DNA of 63,831 bases, filler included, from Dirinaria sp. TL-2023a (taxonomy: Eukaryota): the NCBI GenBank assembly GCA_051941275.1. It is 8 parts of 8 records of this genome, joined end to end, with 100 filler letters (N's around TTAATTAATTAA, not from the genome) between each part and the next. Parts side by side here need not be neighbours in the genome. Positions count along the whole stretch, not along the records: positions 48,020 to 55,880 come from JAVEBF010001263.1; positions 55,981 to 63,831 come from JAVEBF010001264.1; 6 more parts are not named here. One strand, written 5' to 3'. A program made the translations under genes and the position numbers. The notes under the pieces were generated by a model. It saw nothing but the letters and a program-made list of their open reading frames with translations, was not told the origin of the DNA and searched no databases. Positions 50,125-61,086 of the stretch are shown here, in pieces; positions within the stretch are counted from its first letter, which is position 1; every line of letters begins with the position of its first letter.

Positions 50125-52317
50125 ATGGCTGCTGCACAACATATGCAGCGTCCATATCCGGCTGTATATCACACCCCTCAGTCGAATTCCCCTGCTTCGG
50201 TAACTTCATCGCAAGGTCACGATCAGCATGGCCGGTTATACGGACAGCCTCCACCACAAATACCTCAGGGGATGTACAGCTATTCAGGATATCCATCGAT
50301 GAACCAGGTTCATCCATCGGCCTATGCGCAGCATCAGCCACCACCGCCGCCGCCGCAACAACAACAGCAACAGCAACAACCGCAGCCGCAGCCGCAGCAG
50401 CAGCAACAACACCCAAATATCACCTCGCAGCATCTTCTCATGTCACATCCCGGCCAGCCCCCCATACAGCACCAGCCTCCAACACCTACATCGGCCATGA
50501 CCAACAGTCCAAGGCCCAAGGTAGAGCGGCCAAGTGATATCGCAACGATGCAGCGGCCTCCATCAGTTCCCATGAACTCAACCCACAATACACCAACTGG
50601 GCCGCCAACAAACGGAAACACACCGCATTCTGCAGGCCCGAACGCGGCGCCAGGCCCCATACCTGCAACAACGCCTCTCGTTGTTCGTCAGGACAATAAT
50701 GGCGTACAGTGGATTGCTTTCGAGTACTCGCGCGATCGGGTGAAAATGGAATACACTATCAGGTGTGACGTGGAGAACGTGGATCACAACCAATTAAGCT
50801 CCGAATTCAAAACAGACAATTGTGTGTATCCACGAGCGTGCTGCAACAAAGAAAATTATCGAGGAAACCGTCTCCAATACGAGACTGAGTGCAACACCGT
50901 TGGTTGGGCTTTGGCCGAGCTAAATCCATGTCTGAGAGGCAAGAGAGGGTTGATACAGAGAGCGGTGGATAGTTGGAGAAACAGCAATCAGGACCCGCGG
51001 CTACGAAGTCGGCGTGTCAGGAGGATGGCGAAAATGACGAACCGGAAGCAAGCTCCAGTGCCTGCACCAAACCACATGGCCGGCCCGGGTGGTTCAGGAG
51101 CACCCCAAGTAGGGCCTCAAAGTGGGAAGCCTATTGCTGCGCCTGCGCAAAGACCAAGTCAGAACAGTAACGGGATAATACCCCATCACCACCCCGGTGC
51201 TGAAGAGGGTGCGCCGGGTAGCTCTGAGGAAGTTAGCGGTATGTTCCACCAAATGTGATATCGTTCACCACTATCCCTCAAAATTGGACAAGTCTTCTCT
51301 ATTACGTCATACAAGCACATATTTATACTGTTGATATAGCTGAAACCATGTATCTATCGGTTGTTCCAGGCTTCTCTTCTTGTACATAAGCCGGCAGATA
51401 GGCTAACGTTGTCCAATGCTTGTCTCACAGCAAACGGTGATTACGAAAATCAGCGTCAGTCCGTTAGCAGATCGCATCCTGCCAATGCGACTGGCGATGT
51501 TCGACCAAGCCATGTTTTCCACGGGTTCCCAAATTACCCCAGTAATCATGCAGTAGGTACAGCAATAGCTCCACCATTACATGATGGCATGGGAACCTTG
51601 GGAGGCCATCCCGTGTCAAACCATACGGCAGTGGCGAGCTCTGTGCCTAAGGCTGAAGCTGCCGAGCGAAGTCCTGCGCCATTCTGCGACGTGAATGAAG
51701 CCAAACGACGTAAATTCATCTTAGTCGAGGATCCTGAAGGGGGAAAGCGGGTCCGAGTGAGGGTCACGCTTGAAAACAGCAATATCATCGAAGCACCCGA
51801 TGACTTCCGCCGCAGGAATTGCGTTTACCCTCGTTCATTTGCGCCTGTGGGTATGCCAATGGAGCCCCGATCAGCGCGGGGGAACAGATTCTGTGCCGAT
51901 GACGACTCTGAGGATGAAAAGGACGAGGATGGGCATGTTACCAAAGGCAGGACCTTTGTCCCAATGCCAACGCTGGACAACGCGGAAGGCGAAATTCCAG
52001 TCCCTCGGATTGTAAGGTCCAGGAAACGGAAAGAGAAGCTACTCAATGACCTGGGTTACCGCATGGCTTGGGGTCAGACCAAGACGTTCGACAGGAGGAC
52101 GATCTTCTTGCAGAGGGCGCGTATGTATTACTGGCTTGGCATACAAGCGCGATTGCTAACCGCGGATCCAGTGGACGCTTACAGAAACAACATGGCGAGC
52201 AGAATCAAAGAAGGCGGGACCGAGGTCTCGGTAATCGCACCGCATTTTGAGACGAGGGTTGGCAAACGAAGGTGGATGACCAGAAAGGGAGGACCGAAGA
52301 AGGAGCCCACGGGATGA
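50125..52317 (+). CDS. Conserved fungal uncharacterised protein: Q/P-rich N-terminus plus two copies of one domain
   Basis: Introns 51239-51430 and 52121-52171. Domain 1 is WIAFEYSRDRVKMEYTIRCD..NCVYPR..QRAVDSWRN; domain 2 is ..NCVYPR..QRALDAYRN. Confidence 0.85.
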
Positions 52318-53273
52318 AGCCTCCAACAGAAAGCCAGCCGTACCGGCGCTGTTCTGTATGTGCTGGGCACGTTGCCCAGCACCGGTCACGTCGCGTAAGG
52401 TACGCTATGCTCTACCAGCCACGCCGTTTTCGCCTCCTACTACCTTAGGGACACAGCGCCTGGTGGCTGAAAACAGAATGAGAAAGAAGAACCAAAGGTG
52501 ATGGCAGCTCGCTATGCCGAAACTCTGATCTTGCTCGGGAGCAAGCGCAACATATGAAGACGTGGATTTGGCAGGTGCAGCAAGCTGTTCTTAGTTGCTA
52601 CTAGGGGGATACACTTTAGCAGTAGCACATACATACTTACAGTACTCATGTTGACGCTGCGAGCATAAGCTTGAAGAGGGTCAACATGTGCAACCAAAAG
52701 CTGTGTTTCGAATACGACAGCCAATTGCACGGGTCCATCATAGTACGAAGAAGACTGTGACTTGCACCTGATTTTCTTGTTCAATCTTCCCTAAACAAAA
52801 GCGGAGCAGTCCTGGTTTTGTATTTCTTTTACCCATACCATATTCCACTACCTTTATACCATCCCATCAAGCCATAAGCTACTTCACTGGTTTCGTGTGG
52901 TGGCGAGGATTAGTCAGCGTTGCTTGGTCGACTAGTACTAAACATAGTACTCCAAGTACTCCGTACATACATAAGGTATACTCGTGAGCTGTTCAAGGAC
53001 CTGTACCTACCTCACTGTACATACATAAAAGTCAAAAGGTTTTCTTCGCAACTGCAGTTCTCATTACTATTATTTCCAGATTCAGGCTTCCATTTTGGGA
53101 CCAGACAAAGAAGACAGGGCATCGTATCGACGGCTCTCTAACATTCACAAATAGCACCCGAATACGATTTCAGACCCCACACAGCCAATTCGCTTCCGCC
53201 TTCACGCCCTGTTTTTCGGCCACCCAACGCCGGCGAAACCTGCTCTGTCGATCTTTCACATACAAATTCAATC

Positions 53274-55680
53274 ATGCCGAGACCACCTGATCGAACGTAT
53301 TCATTCGAAAACGATGATGATTCCTCATTAGATTTAAACGCGATCGGCCAAATTCGGCCAGAGCAGTATCATCAACCACAATACGCATCCTACCACGATA
53401 CTACTTCCCCTGAGCCTGACTATTACCCTCATTCAAGAAACTACGGCGCCAACCCACCTCCAACCCCTCCAACCCATCGATCCCCTTTCCGAGATCATCC
53501 TCCCTTGCCACCGCCAACGGATTCTACTCCTTCCGAGGAGCCCAGAGCACCGCCCGCCTATACCGGTGCAAGACCGCCGCCCCTACGGACGCGGGACGTC
53601 CGTGATCAAAATCTCGGTCATTCTACCTCGAATCGGACTGCATCCACGACAACTCCCGGCGTAGACAATATGGGGGAGAATGCAGCTGGAGGTGGGATCG
53701 CGGGCGTGGCATTGGGTGTTGCGAACCACCACGAGCGAGAAAGCGGACTGGAGGCTTTACGGTCTATGCCGCAAGAACGGGCGTACAGTACAACAGATAC
53801 GCCGTATATTCCCCCACCGCCAAACAGCAGTGGTGGACATCTGGATCCTTTCGCCTCCCCTGCACCTTCTATGCGGAGTACGGATCCATTTGATGACGCA
53901 AACGTTCGTGCGCCTGCAGCTGCTTCTTCGAGAGGTTTGATGCCAAATAACAACAGATCGGAAATGAGTATACCACTGCAACAGTACCCAGCCAACGAGG
54001 AATACGGACGCGGTCAGAGCTCCTACACAGACAATCCTTATAACCGACTGTCAACGGCTTGGGATCCTAGAATTGGTCGAGGCGAAATTGACCCCAGTGA
54101 GATCGAGGACGATGGCGATGACGGCATGATGGAGCCTGTTGGACAAAGAAGGTCTGTCCTCGGGATGAGGACTCCTTCAAACCCGGGGGTCCGAGGTGGC
54201 GCGGTCGGAGGAGCAGCGACTGGAGGTATCATGGGTACTTTAGGCGGTCTGGTGGGCAAGAGCAACAATCAGTCCAGGGATCCTAGTGGGCACTACGGTC
54301 CAGTAGCAGGAGGGCAAGGATTTGCTGGGGGCCCAGCTGAGAAAAGCGAATGGCTCAACAAAGAGACCTCGGGAAGGAAAAGGTTACGATGGGTCGTTGG
54401 CACGATCATAGTACTGCTTTTAATTGGAGGCATCGTCGGCGGAGTCATTGGTGGCATCAAAGCATCCAAGTCCCACAGTTCCGGCTCTTCCGGTGGTAGC
54501 GGAGGACAAACAGCCGCACAAGATGATGGAAAAGGCGATCTGAACAAGGACTCTCCCGAAATCAAAGCGCTGATGAACAACCCAGACCTTCACCAGGTCT
54601 TCCCCGGAATGGATTACACTCCGTACAATGCCCAGTATCCCGCATGCCTCAGCAATATGCCGAGCCAGAACAACGTGACCCGCGACATGGCAGTCCTCTC
54701 CCAGCTCACCAACGCGGTTCGGCTCTACGGTACTGACTGCAACCAAACGGAAATGGTTCTGCACTCGATCAATGCGCTTGCTCTCACCGATATGAAAGTC
54801 TGGCTGGGCGTCTGGCTGGGGAATAACCAAACCACCAACGACCGTGGCCTGGACGCGATGAACACCATCCTCAAGAAATACGGCGCCGACTCGTTCGCCG
54901 GCGTCATCGTCGGCAACGAAGTGCTCTACCGCGAAGACCTGACCGAGACGGAGCTCAGCAAGATCCTTTCGGACGTCAAGAAGAACCTGACGGCGATGAA
55001 CATCGACCTGCCCCTCGCCACCTCGGATCTGGGCGACGACTGGACGGCCGGCCTGACGGCGGAAGTGGACATCGTGATGTCGAACATCCATCCCTTCTTC
55101 GCCGGCGCGACGGCCGAGGCCGCGGCCGGCTGGACGTGGGATTTCTGGCAGCAGCACGACGTCATCCTGACCAAGGGCACGAGCAAGAAGAACGTCATCT
55201 CCGAAGTCGGCTGGCCGAGCGGCGGCGGCAATGACTGCGGAGCCGTCAACTGCACGAGCAAAACGCAGGGCAGCATCGCGGGCGTGGACGAGATGAACAC
55301 CTTCATGGACGCCTTTGTCTGCCAGAGCTTGACCAACGGCACCGACTATTTCTGGTAAGTAGGCCTCCCTCCCATTTCGGAAATTTCCCCGCAAATAACA
55401 AAAATTATATCTTGGATTCCTCTCTTCTGAAGTTTTTATTGCAAATTCATTCTTCCCCCCTCCCCAACACCAAATATAAATCAAACTGCCCTGCTGAAAA
55501 AAAAAAAAATATAGGTTCGAAGCCTTCGACGAGCCGTGGAAAATCCAATTCAACAAGGGCGACCAGAACTGGGAGGATAAATGGGGCCTTATGACCATCG
55601 ACCGCAAACTGAAACCGGGCGTCAAGATCCCCGATTGCGGCGGCAATAAGACCTCCGCCTCCGCCTCCGCCAGGAAATAG
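53274..55680 (+). CDS. btgC: Glucan endo-1,3-beta-glucosidase, GH17, membrane-anchored BtgC type
   Basis: Long disordered N-terminus and a TM helix after [25 protein letters not shown] and ISEVGWPS motifs; intron 55355-55514 gives [18 protein letters not shown]. Confidence 0.93.
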
Positions 55681-55880
55681 GTGGGTGGGGGGAGGGGGGA
55701 AGAGATGGTGTAAACACTTTCGTGTGCTTTGTTGTTGTTCTTGTGTGTGGGTAATTACATTACATTACATTACGTATGATGTTAGCTAGGCATTGCATAA
55801 AGGTTTTTTTCGCTTTTCTTTTTTCTTTCTTTTTCCTGGTGCGCGGATAGGGGGGGAAAAAGTGGGCGGCTTCATTTGGG

Positions 55881-55980
55881 NNNNNNNNNNNNNNNNNNNN
55901 NNNNNNNNNNNNNNNNNNNNNNNNTTAATTAATTAANNNNNNNNNNNNNNNNNNNNNNNNNNNNNNNNNNNNNNNNNNNN
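55881..55980. other. Artificial contig linker
   Basis: 44N-TTAATTAATTAA-44N. Confidence 0.99.
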
Positions 55981-57350
55981 TCGAAAACCCTGGTCAGGCG
56001 GGTCTCTCTACCATTCCGCTTCCCCCGACGACTGACTACAGTTTCCGCCTCGTCGGACTCGTTGTCCGATGGCAAGTACTCGTCCGTGTCTGATAAGGAA
56101 CCCTCTTCGCTGATACCTACTTCGGCGTCTGGCTCGTCAGACAGAAGCTCCTCCTCCGTATCCGATATGTAATCAGGGTGTAGATGCCGGCTTGCATGTT
56201 GTAACCGAGCTGGGAAGGTGGGCGAAGGCGGTGGGGGGATGGTCAACTAGACACTTGGTAAGTCGTCTGAGAACAACTCTTCCTCTATGTCTGACACGTA
56301 ACCAGGGTGTAGGTGGCAGCTTGCATGTTGTAACAGAGCTGAAAAGGTAGGCGAAGGCGGCGGGGGGATGGTCAACTGGACACTTGGCGACTGGACATGA
56401 CCTCCGCCAAGATCCCTCGATTCCTCAGGAGTGCAGTATCTCGACGGCGATGGGCTAGCATCAGAAACATTATCCTGAGCAGAGCTACGTTCCAGCCGGC
56501 CCGCAACACCATCATCACTGACTGATCTACCTTGGACCTGTTTGCTTGGGGTCGGCGAAGTATGGGTTCGAACTTGCTTCTTGGAGATCGCGGATCTTCG
56601 ATGTAGATGAGTTGGTACCAAGTCTAAAGATCGGCGAGAGGTTGATCTTTGTCTCCGCTAATGTGAATTCAGTAGAGGCTCGATTGAAGACTGGATCAGA
56701 CTCACACTTGGATTCTCCAAAGGGCACAAGTTTTTTCCAGGTGATTAAGCATGAGCCAAAATTGGTTTGATATTGACCGAAGGACGGGGCGTCGGCCTCT
56801 GTCTCTGCTAATGCGAGTTTAGTAGAGGCTCAATTGAAGACTGGGTCAGACTCACCTTGCTATCATGGCGCTGCCACTCATCCGTCCCCGATACGCTCTT
56901 CCTCTTCCTCTCTGCCAAAGGCGGAATGTCGTGACGCACTGTGAGCTCTTGTTGTGGTACTGCTGATGCTTCTCGCCTTCCGAAAACGTTTATAGCTCTA
57001 CTCACGCCGGAAGCTATCGAGGAGAAGACTGAACCAACGAAAGTGGATTGTGTGGTGTTGTCTCTACTCGTCGTTAACCGTGAAGGTTGACCTGTATGCC
57101 TTACAAATGCTAGAGGGGGAGGACGTAGCGCTGGAAGCAGTGGATTTGTCGATCGGTTCAAATGGGCTCGTCGTTCTGCTCTGTTCTGCCCACTTGGGGC
57201 CTTGGTCTTTGGGAGCTCATTGTGGTGGTCACCGGCAAAGGATCTTCTCCGTTCTCTCCTATTTGAAGCATTTGTTTGTTTCGACTCTTGCCAAAACAGC
57301 TTCCTCCGTTCCTTTCGCGACAACCAAGAAGAGGGAAGTCGGTCAAGTAC
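55981..57350 (-). pseudogene. Decayed multi-exon gene for a low-complexity basic/acidic protein, 3' truncated
   Basis: Two 48-nt phase-0 GT-AG introns (56855-56808, 56705-56658) link the ORFs in one frame. Premature TAA in the middle exon, TAG at 56247-56249, and no in-frame ATG. Confidence 0.55.
56130..56387 (-). repeat. 129-bp (43-codon) tandem duplication
   Basis: PSVQLTIPPPPSPTFSALLQHASCHLHPGYVSDIEEELFSDDL versus PSV*LTIPPPPSPTFPARLQHASRHLHPDYISDTEEELLSDEP. Confidence 0.9.
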
Positions 57351-57640
57351 ATTTTCTCAGAGTAAAGCCAAAGTAGAAGGTGAATTCTTTGCAGCAGGGT
57401 GAGTAAAACCTGCTGTGAAGCTGAATTCTTTGCAGAGCCAGAAGAGAGAGCCGTAATGAAGTTGAAAAAAATTTTTTGCAAGAGACGTAAAGTAAAGTAA
57501 GGTAGGTAGGTACCGTATTCATCCCACATGTGAAAGTATCTAGTTTAGGCAGGTACGAGTCACATGACAGTGCATCATCAGTGGCCAGCGGATTAGCCAT
57601 GAGCTGGAGCTTTTGCAAGGGTCCTACTATCTATCAATGC

Positions 57641-57913
57641 CTCTCTCAAGTTTCTCCAACATTTGGAACCCACTTTAACGTTTTGCCTACTTGACGATGG
57701 CACATTCGTGGTGAACCAGTCCATCGTCATCTCGTGAAACCGTAGTTTCGTGAAACCGTAGTTGCGTGAAACTTGCATTCTGTCAGTGCAGAGAAATTGA
57801 TGTATTTTAATCCCAGGCATCAAAGAGGTTGGATTCAGTATCAAGTCAGGCAAAAATGGATAAGTATCGAAGAGGATGAGTGTGTCAGTAGTGTAGGGTG
57901 GTGTGGCGGCAGT
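57641..57913 (+). repeat. Left arm of long inverted repeat flanking the MFS gene
   Basis: Reverse complement aligns to 60042-60284. Includes an exact 19-bp block (57895-57913 vs 60042-60060) and a ~50-bp near-identical block (57691-57739 vs 60180-60229). Confidence 0.88.
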
Positions 57914-58161
57914 GGAACCCCTGATTAATAATGCATCATCTTCTACCCTCGCGAATAATGCATCGTCTGATAGTCCACTAAGATATTTCTAATGTGTCGC
58001 GCGGTTCTCACATTTGCGAGATGAGTCAGCATTCGACCTTTGCTTCTCGACTATACTTTCTTTGCAACATTTTCTTGCTTTCGCTTCTCGCTCTCATTCT
58101 CAATCCTTGCTTGGTTCTTCTGTCTTCATAGATCAGATGTGAATAGAACAATGACAACAAA

Positions 58162-59919
58162 ATGCAAACGACCCAGCTCACAGCCCTGCATGCCAGATCT
58201 GAAGTCGGATCCGCGTCGGAATTGACTCCCGCATCGACCTTACCCTCAATAATAATACCACGCAAGAAGCAAGCCTCAGTGCTTTGCTCTGCCTTTGTCG
58301 CGATAGCGCTTACAATTGGTTACAATCAATGCTTTGGCGTATTTCAGGAGTACTATCTCTCGTCCAACCAAGATGTTCTGGTGCCCTCTCCAGCCTCACA
58401 GGTTTCGCCGCCGCCGACCGCGCTGCTCGCTTTTGTTGGCTCGCTGTGCTATGGACTTACCTGGGCAGGCGGGATTGTCGTGAATCCTGTCATCTGTCGC
58501 ATCGAGAATGGAAGTTGGGCTTCAACCACACCCTCGACTCAACGATGGCGCCGGAGGGTCTTACGATTGTTGGCACCCCGAACAATCACACTTTCAGGAG
58601 TAATTCTGGTGTCTGCTGGGTTCGCGCTGGCCTCAGTCAGCAGTTCTGTATGGCAGCTTCTGCTAACACAGGGGTTTGTGGTTGGCTTCGGGATGTCGCT
58701 CCTGTACTTCCCGCTTCTCGCCCCTGCGCCGGAGTATTTCACGAAACACCGAGCCACAGCCATGGGCTTCGTAAGTTCTCCGTCCACGATTTAGTGTCTT
58801 CCCTTTTGCGATAAACCATCATAGCACATCATTTTACTTGTATTACGCTGTAAGGAAGCTATACCCTAGCTACTTGGACGATGCGCTCTTCGCCATGAGA
58901 TTCTCTAGAGGTACCACCACTAACTCCGCGGAACATGCCATAGATTCTAGCCGGCGGCGGCACTGGTGGCCTCATACTTTCACCTGTGTTCCGGGCGTTA
59001 CTCAGCTCCGTTGGTGGTCGATGGACCCTCAGGCTTTACGCGGGCTTTAACCTGGTCGCTGGGTTACCGATTGCCTGGGCCGTGCCACGGAGTCACTTTG
59101 CAACAAGCTCGACTGGGGAAGGCTCGGAGAGGCGAAATACCCACGTCTCACGCGCGTTAGCCACGAGATGGACGTTTGTCCTCTCTGCTGTGGCCGCGTT
59201 TTTCCAGGTTCGTGCCCAAGCAAATGTCTGTTTTATATTGATATTGAAACCACGTTCGCGATGAGAACCTTGCACTGAGGTTCTTGATTCAAGTCTTAGT
59301 CTTAATCCGCCATACGCTCAATCTTGCGTTGACTGACGCTTAGCCCTCTTAGGCGGCCGGCGCCCAACTCCCTCTCTCTTTCATCCCCACCTACACTGTA
59401 GTTCTCGGCCTCTCTACCTCCAAAGGCAGCAACCTTCTTGCTGCCAGCAACGCCATCAACGCCGTGTCGCGCGTCTTGATCGGTTACGCTGGCGACCGTC
59501 TCGGCCGGCAAAACACGCTTGTCCTGACGCTTTTCCTAGCTGCGTCCAGCGTCTTCGCCTTCTGGCTTTCCAGTGTCTTCACAAGCACCCCGTCCTCTGT
59601 CTCGCTCTGGCTTGCTTTCATCGTGTTCTATAGTGTCTCTTCTGGCGGGTATTATGCGTTGTTTCCGGCACTCATCGCCCAAGTCTTCGGAATCCGGCAG
59701 TACGCCGCTGTCAATGCGTTTATACTGTTCGTAAGGGGCTTGGGCACGATCTTTGGAAGTCCTGTAGGAGGGCAGCTCCTCGGGAGTTCGGAAAAGGGAA
59801 GTGAAGCGTATGCTGGTATCGTGTATTGGGACGGGACACTCTTGACGTGCGCGACACTGTGTTGTGTTGGTTTACGATGGGCTCATGGAAAAGACAAGGG
59901 ATGGAAGTGGATTGCTTGA
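58162..59919 (+). CDS. MFS transporter, monocarboxylate porter (MCH-like) family
   Basis: FGVFQEYY, WQLLLTQG..G.G.SLLY, EYFTKHRATAMG and GYAGDRLGRQN motifs. Introns 58771-58943 and 59208-59352; the frame is intact. Confidence 0.92.
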
Positions 59920-60041
59920 GACGGCTCGAGAACACGAGCACTAGTAGTAAGTAGATTCGATCCGATTTCAGTGCTTTCTTCGCTGGAATTGATCAGAATT
60001 GCTTGGTCACTGGTGCAGCACGTTATCTTTGGGATCCCACT

Positions 60042-60284
60042 ACTGCCGCCACACCACCCTTCCTCACGAATTACTACTCATTCTCGGGTGATAATGCATC
60101 CAATCTCTTTGATGCCTCGGGTTTAAGATCTATCGATCTCTCTTACTCTGACAGAGTGCGAGTTTTCAAGCAACGATGATTTCACGAGATGACGATGAAC
60201 TGATTTCACCACGAACGTGCCATCGTCAAATAGGCAAATCGTTAAAGCAGGTTGAAGGTGTTAGAGAAAAAAAATTGAAGAGAG
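60042..60284 (-). repeat. Right arm of long inverted repeat flanking the MFS gene
   Basis: Inverted, diverged copy of 57641-57913 with indels. Confidence 0.88.
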
Positions 60285-60766
60285 TGACTTTTGGATATGA
60301 TCTAATGCGTGGAAGATATGTCCCTGTGTTGATATTTCCTTGTTAAGTACCAACATGTAATTAGACGTGAAGAAGTAATGCTATATCTGTTTTTCGAATG
60401 AAAAGTATAATAGGGTTTATCAATGACTTGATAAGTCAAAGCGAAACCGAAGAAAGGGGAAACCTTGGAGGCGTCTTAATATTGGAGATAATGGCAGCTC
60501 GTGCGAGACAATTATTACAGCCTTGGTCATATATTTTGGAATTATGATAGCGAAGTTGAAAATGTTGGTCGGAAGAATTAATAGATCGCTGAACGGATCT
60601 TGTCACACACCAGCAAGAAAAGAGAAAAGGAATAGAATAATGAAGTAAGGGAGAGAAACGTTTCTAGAGAGGATGCTCATTTCATTAATTAACAAGTCTC
60701 ATGGTCTGAACATGCCCCGTGCGAGCCAAATCCTCCAAGTTCGCAGCAGCGGCGCTGTGGATTTGA

Positions 60767-61086
60767 TCACTTCTTGAATGTTGTCAGCCAAAATCCACAA
60801 GCCAGTCTTCCGCAATGATCATGATTAATTGACTTACCGGCGCCGTGGCCACTCCACCAGGGGAAGTGTCGTGGATCTTGTTGGGCAGTACCTCCTCCAA
60901 CTTCTTCGGCACGGCCTCCTGGACCGCCTTGGGCACCTTGCTGTCCCCGGTGGCATGGCTCTTAGAACCGGTGGAGCCAGTGTCGTGGATCGTGTTGGGG
61001 ACGTTCTCTTCGACGCCGCGAGGGAGTTTCTCCTGGGCTTTTTCGGGAACGACGGAGTCGCCGACTGCGTGGGATCTGTCTGTCAT
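60767..61086 (-). CDS. Small hydrophilic two-repeat protein (84 aa; hydrophilin-like)
   Basis: Two copies of SHAxGDSxVPxxxQExxPxxxEExxPNxIHDT. Intron 60837-60773 is followed by K-stop; upstream TATATAAAG near 61190. Confidence 0.8.

Noticed and set aside
54420..55646. 408-aa minus-strand ORF (and similar ORFs at 14549-15681)
   Set aside because: Antisense or alternate-frame shadows of GC3-rich btgC and SEC27 coding sequence.
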